Source: Eledone cirrhosa (taxonomy: Eukaryota). Taken from it: a stretch of DNA of 64,000 bases. Location of the stretch: contig OZ024762.1 in the NCBI GenBank assembly GCA_964016885.1, positions 15,128,001-15,192,000 of the forward strand. The letters are read 5' to 3'. Positions 51,258-64,000 of the stretch are shown piece after piece. The notes beneath the pieces were generated by a model. The model saw nothing but the letters and a program-made list of their open reading frames with translations. It did no database searches and was not told where the DNA came from. How positions within the stretch are numbered: the first letter of the stretch is position 1; every line of letters starts with the position of its first letter. The translations under genes and the position numbers were made by a program.

Positions 51258-52860
51258 ACTGTATGTATGGGGAGTTTTTTTCCTCTATTGAGAAGGATAG
51301 TGCTGTGCTCCCGCAAAGGGTGCTCTACGCCTTGGTCGACCAGGCCCGAAACCCAGGTTAATTAGACTGTCGTTTTCAAACTCAACTGAGGCATGTTCAT
51401 ACCTTGTAGCCTCTGATAAAGCTAGGCGTGAAAGTCGGATTGCTTTCCGAACACGCCCTGGTCTTCCACCTGATGTCCGCCCAAAGTTGCGTGCTGCAGC
51501 TTCCCTAAACCGCAGCTCGGCAGAACATGAAAGCTTCAGCCTACAAGATGTTGGGCAGATATGGAAGTTTGTTAAGGCTGGCGAATCATGGAAAAGAGAC
51601 ACCAGTTGGTCTGAAAACACTGTACCCACAACAACTAACAATAAAGAAACTGAAAAAACTCTGGGAAACTAAATCAGAACAACCTGCCATCCCCTGCACA
51701 TAATCATAGACTGGAATCAAGGTACAAATTGTTGTCCTTGAATGCAGGTAGTCTATGCAATAAGATTAATCTTTTTGACTCCTACGTCAAAAGTATCAAC
51801 CCGGACTTCATTACAGTCACGGAAACTTGGGCACATCCCTTACTCTGTGATGGGGTTTTCAGCATGACTGGCTACAACCTGTTTCGTAAAGACCGCATTA
51901 ATCATCGTGGTGGTGGTTTAATGGTCTACGTTCGGTCAAATCTGTCGGCAATTCCTTGTGCTGATTTGAACCAATCACAGCAGGAAGTTTTTTTCTGCGA
52001 TATACGTATGACCATGTCAACACTGCTACTTGGAATCGTTTACCGTCCCCCAAATTACCACCAGGACACTCAACTTTGTGATATCCTCAGAGCTGCTGCC
52101 AGGAAGACAGCCACTTATGTTTTCATTGCAGGTGACTTCAATCACCCTGAGATTGACTGGGAAACCTTTCGTTGGCCGCCAAGTGCAAATGACTTCCTTG
52201 AGCTGGTGCTGGACTCGAGTTGGTCCCAGGTGGTCACCTCCCCAACGAGAGGTGACAACACTTTGGACCTACTCTTCACCACTACTCCTGAAACGGTCAT
52301 TAGTGTTACTGCTGAGGAACCTTTAGGTGACTCTGATCATGCTATGATCATTGCCAATCTATCCCTCATGGGCAGTGACAAGAACCACAACGATCTCCAA
52401 ACTGCTCACTTTGACTGGAACTGTTACTGCACCGAGTTGCAACGGCCAAACTGGCTTGAGTTCTACGACTCTGGAGATGTCAACACTGTACTCCAGAACA
52501 TCCTGAGCTCAATATGGACAGCATGTGCAGCATCGGTGCCACGTAAGCGGAAAAAACACCCCAAAAGCGCAATTTGGGAGACTGCAGCAGTCCGTCTTGC
52601 CAGAAAAGAACGGCGCAATGCTGAACGTGAGTACAAACTTCACAAATCAGACATTAATAGGAAGAGGCGAAATAGATCGTCCAACCACCTCAAACAGGTG
52701 ACAAAAAAGGCAGTGCTTCAATTTGGCAGCGCATAGCAACCAGCCCTGACAGTAAGGTGTTCTGGAAGTATGTTCACTTAAAGCAGAGGCCTCACTCTCC
52801 AGTTGGTCCTCTTCGCAATCCCCACACAAGCCAGGTTACTGACGACCCCAAGGATAGTGA
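51258..52860 (+). mobile_element. CR1/L2-type LINE internal fragment (ORF1 end and APE endonuclease, ORF 51729-52736)
   Basis: LNAGSL, VTETW, RKDR..GGG, YRPP, GDFN, PTR...LDL and SDH motifs; no RT or 3' tail. Confidence 0.85.
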
Positions 52861-54923
52861 ATATAATGTCTTCTACATACAAAAAATAGATGCCTTGATA
52901 AAATATCCAGTTTTATGTAAGTATCCTCGGGAAAAGTAGTAGAGAATAGGGTTTTAACTTTGCCTTGTGTGTATGTAGATGTTGCACATATACAATACTT
53001 GTGTATATACAATAAGCGTGTTTATGTATAGAGAGAGGGTCTGTATTCTATATACTACAGTTTCTTATATAGCTCCGGATACTGTGTATAATGAGGAGAT
53101 ATACCTTTCTGCTAAGTAAGTATATACAGAGAAGGTGTAATAGAGATACGATTATAATATAAATATATATTTGATATGATGTGTGCAAGAGAGAATGCTG
53201 AGTTGGAGTAAAGGTGGTGATGCCGAGGTAACTCGACGTAGAAATTACGATGGTATAGTATAGAGAGGAAAGTAACATGTATGTTTAGTTAGAAGAGGTA
53301 GTGTATATATTATTTGCGTGTATATATTATTTGTTTTGTTTTGTTTCTCGGAAGGAGGTTTAGTTCTGTGAAGAGTGTTTAGAATAAATTTAAAAGACAT
53401 GGCAACTAAAACATTACAAGAATGTATTTATATTTCGAAGATAATGAAATGTATTTTTGTGTCTCAATAATATCCGTGAGTGTGAATAAAACTTTACATA
53501 CCTCTTAACACGAACGTAAAATCCAAACAGATATCGTTAATAGTCCCAGAGTAAATAGAATGATGTTACCGCTTCAATACACGGAAGAGAAATGTCAACA
53601 AAGAAAAGAGTTCCACAAACCGGAAGTAGTTCAATGTCAACAAAGGGCAAATAACTCATATCAAAGGGAGATAACTCTCGTCAAATTGTTTGGCAAAAAC
53701 TCATGCGAGGGGGAGAGCAGGCCAGCATAAAGCCAGCCTGTTGTGGTCCCGGCCGACCCCCGCAACGATTCGAACTTCAAACACATACAATGGTCATGCC
53801 ATACCTAAGTACTACAGCTAAGCCAAAAACGCTACGTGCAGCGCCACGCACAAGCCGCAATTCTACAGAGTCAAATAGTCATACTTATAGCTAACATTTT
53901 CCTTCTTTTTTTAAAAAAAAGAAACGGAAAGAAAGCAAGATAACACAACATATTCCGAGTGTTATCTCGTTTTCTTTCCGTTTCTCTTTCTATATAAATA
54001 TAACGGGATATATAGCCATTAAGGAACTGCTAGTATTTTGTACATATATAACGGGATATACACGAATAGAAGCCAGGGAATATGTAGTAAGGGGTTGACT
54101 TATATAGGGAGTCAATAGTTTTGTAGCAAGGACCATTTTCGCCAACTTCAAATTCTACATAAATAAGGTTCACATTTTTGCCCACTTCTTAGACACAAGA
54201 TAGGGAGGAGGCTCACCTTATATTCGAGTGTTTTGTACATCTAGACCGGCATCATCATGGGTAGAGCTTACCAGGTGCTACTGTGTTGAACGAGAGTAAG
54301 GCTGTGGGCTGATGATTTAGATGGTCCTCAGGGCTCTGCTGTCAATCGATTTTGTGTGGGGCCACGTTTCTGCTCCATAGAGGAGAAGACATGCATCTTT
54401 TCAGAACAATTAATATGTAGGTAACATAGCCTTAGACAGATCTGTATTTGTAATAGTTAGTATCGATTTGGGTAATCTTAAGACCATGATTCCAATCATC
54501 AATATATGTATTGATTAAACCTAAATATAGTATATATAAAATCTGTTCTCAGCTTCTCACCAGTTTCTTTGGAATTAAGTGTCTGAAAGTATAAGACTCT
54601 CCCTGGATAGGACATTGGTCTATCGCAGGATTAACTCCTCAGCTGAGTGTACTGATGAAATGTTTTTAAAGACTTACATACAGAACTGTATATATATCTT
54701 TAAAAAACATTTCATCAGTACACATATCCAAGCTGTGAGAGTTATATGTATGGACCCGTAACTCCCAAGGGAGTCATAGAGGCAACGCATTGACATACAG
54801 TGTTTCTAGGGCTCTTTTTAAAACTTGGCAGAGCCCAGGTCTGAATACAGCGGATTTCTTCTAGAGAAGTGTAGAGGAAGAATTCACCCCAGTACTAGAC
54901 TGGTACTTTTTTTTATCAACCTC

Positions 54924-55222
54924 GATTTATTTGCCACTAGATCATTAGGCGGGGGAATTTTTTTACAAAAATCAAGTACAAACATTTAACGAGTGATTAA
55001 AAAGGAATATAAAAAAATTAAGTCCTCAATAGAGAGGCAGCCTTTTGGGTTCACACACAACCCCGTATAAAGTGTGCGACCTTTCTGCCAAGGAGCACAG
55101 AGAGAGGGGGGTGCTCCCTTCTTCTCTTACCTGTACAAGCCCATATAGAGAGATGGCCCACTTACACGGGCCATTATTGCTACTTTCGCTACCCGCCTAA
55201 TGCTCTAGTGGCAAATAAATCG
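54924..55222. mobile_element. Small MITE-like element with ~30-bp TIRs
   Basis: CGATTTATTTGCCACTAGA.CATTAGGCGGG / CCCGCCTAATGCTCTAGTGGCAAATAAATCG. Confidence 0.55.
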
Positions 55223-55599
55223 CAAAAAAACAAACAGACAAACAAACAAACAAAAACGTGGCAAATAAAGAAATCTATGCCCCAGTGGCAAATAAATCGC
55301 AAAAAAAAAACAATAAATAAATCTATATTTCTTTTAACGGCTAAAAAAAGGGGGAGTGTAAATTTGTTGGAATAGCCTCATACATTGAAGTAAGCAGCAT
55401 TTAGTCCACTAAAATTGGACAGCAAATTAAAACATTACCTGTTAGAACGTGAAATGATTTGTTAGTGAACTACCGGTGTAACAGTAATTATGTTACCGGT
55501 GTAACTATTTCTGTTTACCTTATTTTTAAATCACACTCCTATATTAGTTTAGTAACCTTTCAATTCAAATAAATTCTTGATGATGAGTGAACTCGCATC

Positions 55600-56005
55600 G
55601 GAGTAGCCCAACGCCTTGGCCTCCGCGTGTGGGAGCCACATAAATGGTCTCAACGACATAGTGAGAAGAAGCCTGGACGCAGCTGAATTTCCATCTCAAC
55701 TGGAGCCAGCAGGCCTAGGCCGCGGAGATGGCAAGGACCCCGAGGGAATCACCCCCTTCCCATTCGAAGGAGGTAGATCCACAAACCCCAGCATCGCTGC
55801 CCGTCTCGCAGATGAACATAAAATAAACAAATTCCGGTGTTTGTCCTGGAGCTTCTTCTACGCACCAGTCGCCGTCGAGACCCCAGGCCTACTTGGACCC
55901 ATTACAGCCGAGCTCCTCCGCAACATCGGAGTGTCTGTGGCCCATCTGAGGATGAAGTCCCACGAGGTTGGATGGTTGTTGCAGCAGGTGTCACTACCCT
56001 TACAT
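55600..56005 (+). mobile_element. Diverged CRE-like RLE fragment
   Basis: LEPAGLGRGDGKDPEG...PVAVET.G resembles the 2133-3155 ORF. Confidence 0.7.
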
Positions 56006-56234
56006 ATATATACGTAAATGTTCCCTTGACTGCTATTTCTAGCATATATTAATAGACACTTTAGAAACAGCAGCTAAAAATCAGGAAACAACAGTGTGTG
56101 TCTGTATATATATACACAGAGAGAAAAAGAGAGAGAGAGATATAGAGAGAGCAGCCAAAGACACACACACACGCACATACACAAACACACAGGTGTATGT
56201 CTGCGTGTATGTATATATATGTGTGTGTCTTTGT

Positions 56235-58060
<1,826 letters not shown>

Positions 58061-60183
58061 ATATATATTTATTTATGCCCTTCTTTCTGTTGTTTTTTAA
58101 ACTCTGAACTCAGCATTTTTCTGTTGTTCTCCGGGATTCTAGCAAAGTATAACAATATATATATATATGGCAGTCAACCTCAGACTCGAAAAAGCCGCCG
58201 CTAATCGTGATCGTTGGGGTTATAATTAGACTAAAGTGCTTCTACTGGGCACCATTAGCTGGTTGTGATCATTGGAGAATTCTTTCTGTGCTGAAAGAGC
58301 CTAGGACTAAAAGATATATATATAGATGTCGAAACGGCAGTAGCACAGCCCTTGGGGTCCTGAATATTTTCACATCTATATATATGTGTGTATTCTGCGA
58401 TATTTATAATTACATAAGTAAGCATATTTGAATAACAAAATTTGAGGTTTAAATACTTTATCTTTTACCAATAACATACAGAAAGGCATCAACAACACCA
58501 CATGTTAATTACTTTAATATTTAAAGTAGGCTTATAAATATTAAATTCAGCAGATTTTTTCAGCCTTCATGGTGGTCTGGTGGGTGATACCAGAGATGGT
58601 GGAGGTCCTGGTTTCGGGTTCAATACTGTTCTTGGGTTACATATAAGGCTTCATGCATTTTTTTTTTTTTTTATCCTCTTTTCTTCTTATCCCTAGATAT
58701 AAATATATATACATAAGGTAATTTGGTAGAATTGTTACAACATCCGATAAAATTCTTTGCAGTATTTTTCCAGTTCTTTACTCTGAGTTCAACTTTACCT
58801 TTCTTCCATTCGGTGTCGATAAGTCTTGAATATGTCTAACGTAGCAACAACTGGAGCTACTTAACCAAGTTTTCCCAACCTAGTTGGTATCACCTACCGG
58901 TTGGCGATTTAAACTGTTGGCTGGGACAATGACACACTAATCAGTCAGATTCCAACTCACTATGTCTGGCATATATTTTATACTTTATATTTCAATGAAG
59001 TTCTGTAAGTAACCTGGTGGCTTAGATGGCAATACTGCTCGAATAGATGGCTTCTATTATGAAGTTATAAGTTCATTCCCTATCCACGATTGTAGAATTA
59101 ATTTTATTTAGTTATTATTTAATCAATTCTTTTAACAAACAAATTATATCTATAAAACGCCAAATATAGTGAGTTCAAATCTGACTGACATGCATGGTAT
59201 ATATTTATGTTTCATTATACAGCAAACTTATAAAGATATGTATATATTGTCCAGGAGTTTCGAGTTTAGTGGGAATTGGTACAACTCTCAATTGGAGCTA
59301 GTCCCTGCAAGATCAGCATAAATAATGTTATACCTTTTCATGAAATCTTGCACACCCGATATTTTATACATGATTATTTAAAGGTGAACAAAAACCAAAG
59401 AACATTGAGCAGCATTTCTCAACCTTTCTACCCATGTTGATCTCTTGAAATAGTTTTTATGTCTCAGCGAAGCCCTGCATAAAATATACTTTTTCTATCT
59501 CTAGAACAGTGGTTCCCAAATCGTGTGCTGCGAGATGAAACTAGATGAGCTGCAAAAGACTAAGATTAAATTTAAGATGTGAAAAATATAAAACTGAAAT
59601 TTCATATAAAAGTTAAAATATAGCTACAGCCACAAACCTAGGCTCCACACCCCGCAACGCAGAGGAGAGTAAGATAGTACCGAGGCCTGACTCACCTCTT
59701 CCACTCCATTGAGACCTCTGCCATACTTGGTCCCCGTACTGCTGATTTCCTCCATAAAGTCGGGAGGAAAGATGGCACGTGCGACTATTGTAGCAGGTGT
59801 TTCTGTTCTTGCTCCGAGGTAATGCTTTTACGTTTCTTCCACGGGTTGCGGCTGAGGGACCACTTAGACTGGGGTGAAGTGTCTGTCCCTCCCCCGACTT
59901 CTTATTTCTTTTCTCTTCTCTTCTTGCTTATCTCTGCTATACCACGGCATCAAAAACATATATGATATATGTATGTATGGTATAGGTGTATTTATATTTA
60001 GGATAGTTATCGAAGGTAAATAGACTGGTTGGAGCAATAACAGTCTTGTTTATGTATATAAATATATATATATATATATGTTTGTTCTTGTATTTCCATA
60101 GAAAAGGTAAAGAAAAGAAGAATGCTCTATGTATTGTACAGAGCTATTTAATTACATAATAAACAACTGAATATAATTATTCC

Positions 60184-61050
60184 ATGCAAATAGACTTAGA
60201 ATGGAAAACATTCAGACAGAGAAGAATGGATAATGGGAATGTAGAAGAATTTCATATTAGTGATATGAATGTTTCGTGTGATCAGTGTGGAGCTTTGAAA
60301 TTTAGAAATGAAAATTGTAACTGTTGTAATAAAGGAAAGGTTGTGTTGCCTCCATTGCAAATATACCCTGAGAGACTGAGAAATCTCTTTGAAAGAGGCC
60401 AGGAAGCAGTTGATTTCACAGAAACATCTGCAATTAAAACTACATTCATTTCACTTCATTTGGTGTTAAACTTGCCTTACCACCCGGCAGAGGCCCCTAT
60501 AGCTTTCATATTCAGGGTCAAACATATCACTACACCCCCACCTCTGTAACCTGCAGAAAATACACCACAATATGGCCAGTTATATATTATTGATGGGAAT
60601 GAAGGTGTGTAGCACAGATTGGAAGTACCACCAAATAATTGTTTCTGACATAAGGCCAGCAATTACTGGTACTTTATTCTATCGACCTCATAAGGATGAA
60701 AACAAAGTCAACCTTGGAGGGATTTGAACCCAGAACGTAAAGGGCCATAACCCTATGCTGTAAAGCATGGTGTCTGACGCTCTACCGATACTGCCAATCC
60801 ACTGCCCTAGTACCAACAAATAATGACTGCTCACCACAAAAAATGACTATGATAAGAGAGGTGTTGCATGAATGTAATCCATATGTCGAAGTGTACAATA
60901 CAATGCATGGCATCAAACAGCAAAGTGCAAGAAGAGAAAATTGTCGTGTACAGACTGTGAATTAAGATATAGAAGACGATCAGATATGAGCTGCTATAAT
61001 TTACCAACTAGTAATGATAGCTGTTGTTTTGTGGGGGATTGAGGGCACAC
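60184..61050 (+). pseudogene. Degraded Helitron Rep/helicase N-terminal fragment
   Basis: CDQCGALKF..E..CCNKGKVVLP, FHIQGQTYH, PQYGQLYIID and NPYV motifs across frameshifts; interrupted by a SINE. Confidence 0.7.
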
Positions 61051-61056
61051 CACCTG

Positions 61057-64000
61057 TCATCATCATCATCATCATCACCGTTTTACGTCCGTTCTTCCAC
61101 GCTAGCATGGGTTAGACGGGTTGTCCTGTTGTGTGCAGTGTCTGGTCGGCTGACCATGCCTTGCTCATACAGGAACTGATCTGGCTTGATTTCTACAGCT
61201 GGATGCCCTTCCTAACACCAACCTCATTTACAGTGAGTGCTGGGTGCTTTTTCGTGGCGCCTACACGTCCACTTTACAGTGTGGGCTGGGTGCTTTTTTG
61301 CCGTGGCACCTCCACGACCACCTTGCGGTGGGGGGTGTGGGGGCATATTGTTTATATGCTTCAGCATGTACCCATGGGATGTCGGGTACTCTGTATTACT
61401 GCGTGACGCCAGAAGTAACGGTCGTGTGTCATTGTCTTTGAGAGGTGTAATTGGGTAAGGTCGGCTTTTATCACCTCATCCCAGGTCATCTTGGGTCTCC
61501 CCACTCCGCGGTTTCCATCAACTTCTAGTGCTCTGCACCTTTTTATGCAGCTGTCATCCTTCATACGCATCACATGTCCATACCAGCGCAACCGCCTCTC
61601 CTGCACACAGCAGTTGATTCCTCTTATGCTCAGTCTCTCTCTCAATTCATTTATGCTTTGTCGTTCACGTATATTACTGTTACACATCCATCGGAGCATG
61701 CAGGCTTCGTTTCTCTCTAATCTACGTAAGTCTTCCACCTTCAGCGCCCAGGTCTCATTACCATGCAACATCGCTGTTCGGATACACGCATCATACAGTC
61801 TGCCTTTCATTCTGAGGGAGAAGCCTTTTGCAGCTAGCAGTGGTAGTAGTTCCCTAAACTTCTTCCATCCCGTTCTTACCCTAGTTATTGTACTTTCTGA
61901 ACACCCACCTCCGTTGCTAATTCGGTCACCTAGGTAGCAGAAGCTGTCTACTGTTTCTACAGGGCCCTCCCAGAGATTGGTGGTACTTGTTTCCTGTGGC
62001 TGTTTGCTGCTTGCTGTTTCAGCACAGCTGCTGCATGTGAATCCTACATTCTTAATTAAGCTTCCTGAGATCCCGCTACATCTCTTGTGTACCCATTGTT
62101 TGCATTTGGGGCAGAGAATGTAGTTCCTACCTACACCTTTCCTACATACTGAGCAAGGCCATTTCCCTGAGGGGATCTGGGTTCTGTTTTCTCGTCTACT
62201 TACAAGGACCTTAGTCTTTGTCATGTTGACTTTGAGACCCTTTCTCTCTAGTCCCTGCTTCCAGGTTTGGAATTTATTCTCTAGTTCTATCATAGATTCA
62301 GCTATGAGTGCGAGGTCATCAGCATACAGGAGTTCCCATGGGCATCCGGTCTGAAATTCCTCCGTTATTGCCTGCAGGACTATGATGAACAGGAAGGGCT
62401 AAGAACAGAGCCCTAGTGAACCCCAACCTGTACGCTAAATTCCTCGCTATACTCATTGCTAATCCTAACTTTGCTGACTGCTCCCCTATACATGGCTTGT
62501 ACCGCTTTCACAAGCCATTCGTCTACTCCTAGTTTTCTAAGAGCCCACCAGATTACAGCACGTGGAACTCTGTCAAAGGCTTTCTCAAGGTCGACAAATG
62601 CCAAGTAGAGTGGCTTACTTTTAGTTAGGTACTTTTCCTGTAATTGCCTCACAAGGAAGAGGGCATCAGTGGTGCCTCTTCCTGGTACAAACCCAAATTG
62701 CATCTCGTCTATATTCACCCAGTCCCTAATCAGCTGTGCTATAACTCTTTGTTACTTTCATGACCTGGTCCATTAACTTTATACCTCTATAGTTTCCTCT
62801 ATCTAGTGTATCGCCTTTGCCTTTGTAGCAGTTGACAATGATGCTACTGCACCAATCTTTTGGTATGGCCCCTTCTAGTATTACCTGGTTAACGATACAT
62901 CTGGTTATAGTGTGACCTACAGACCCAGATGCCTTCAGCATCTCGGCAGCTATACCGATGGACCGGTTGCCTTCCCCATCTTCATATCTCTGATTGCCTT
63001 ACTTACTACGCTGCCGCTGACTTCTACTGTTGGTCCCTCTATAGGGTCTACTTGGGGTAGGGTCTCTTCTTCCCATGCATTCTCCTCATTTAGTAATCTA
63101 TCATAATGACTCTTCCATGCATCTTTCTTCTCAGCACTTGTGAGGGCAAGCTTACCTTTATCATTCCGGATACACTTCTCTCCAATGACATCACAACTAT
63201 CTCTGACACGCTGCCTCGCAATCTTGAATACCTCCTGTTTCTGGTCCTCACGTTGTAAAACATGCTTGAATTTTCTATCCTCTGCTTCCCTCCTAGCTAA
63301 GTATACTTGTCGCCTAGCTTCCCTCTTGGTCTCTATGTAATGTACCCTGCTCCCCCCCGTTCTTCCATTCTTTCCATGCCTGTCTCTTGGCCCTGACTAC
63401 TTCATCTACCTTATTCTTCCACCACCAAGTCACTCTCCTCCTGCTTGAGGTCTTACTCCAGCCACAGACCTCGTCCGTCGCCTCTAGTAAATTATTTTTT
63501 AGGAACTCCCAGTTCTCTTCTACATTAAATGTCTCTATCTGTTCTTCTTTACTGTCGTAGGCGTTGAGTAAAATATCTTTAAATCTGTTACTGGTTGAGG
63601 GGACTTTCAGCTTCCAGATCTTTCTTCTCCAGGTTGGCCTCTGTTTCAGGGCTCGTCTAGTTCTGACCGTGAGGTTGCTGACAACTAAGCTATGTTGGGA
63701 TGTACATTCCTCACTAGGGAAGGCTTTTGTGTTTACGACCGTCCATCTGTCACGGCCTCTGATGAGGATAAAATCTAACTGACTAGAGTGCTCCCCTGAT
63801 ATATAGGTGATCAGGTGGTTGTCGGGTTTTCTAAAGTTTGTGTTACATATCGACATGTCATTGGCGTCGCAGAATTCTAGAAGTCTGAATCCTTCCTCAT
63901 TCCTTGTGCCAACTCTATAGCCTCCATGTACTCTATTGAAGCCGTCGCAGTGTTTACCTATGTGTCCGTTAAAATCTCCTGCGATGATTAGGAAGTCCTT
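61057..64000 (-). mobile_element. RTE-clade LINE (APE and RT), inactivated; runs off the window end
   Basis: GDFNGH, YKGKGD..NYRGI, QFGF, FVDLEKAFD, LLYADD and WYGHV motifs; TAG in place of the Q of GVHQGS; frameshifts; (GAT)n tail. Confidence 0.93.

Larger units (their letters stand above)
42670..54414. repeat. Large inverted repeat, arms ~42670-45520 and ~49930-54414
   Basis: Colinear reverse-complement matches along the whole arm; the right arm is interrupted by a LINE fragment. Confidence 0.9.

Noticed and set aside
61361-63856. RTE ORFs as an active or domesticated gene
   Set aside because: In-frame TAG in the RT motif GVHQGS and several frameshifts show that the copy is dead.

Overview
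This is eukaryotic, AT-rich, repeat-dense genomic DNA. The SINE/LINE repertoire and (TA)n load suggest an octopod cephalopod (inference). Two convergent, intact, multi-exon protein genes can be rebuilt from splice signals. Tepsin (AP-4 accessory protein) is on the + strand with 12 coding exons, 4383-18722, about 557 aa, and has a clear U12-type minor-spliceosome intron. L-xylulose/dicarbonyl reductase DCXR is on the - strand with 7 exons, 38242-27736, 244 aa. The rest is mobile DNA and repeats: an RLE-type (CRE-like) retrotransposon, CR1 and RTE LINEs, two tRNA-derived SINE families, piggyBac-like and hAT-like MITEs, a Helitron relic, and Penelope-like foldbacks with hammerhead-like cores. There are also several 48-79 bp minisatellites seeded from TE parts, and one seeded from the DCXR stop-codon region. 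The most unusual structure is a nested inverted repeat of about 12 kb (42.7-54.4 kb). It contains a GC-rich structured-RNA-like cassette, promoter-like motifs, exon-like islands with good splice signals and a central 2.5 kb purine-pyrimidine tract, and is a candidate hairpin-RNA/ncRNA locus. Coordinates were read by eye; repeat boundaries are approximate.
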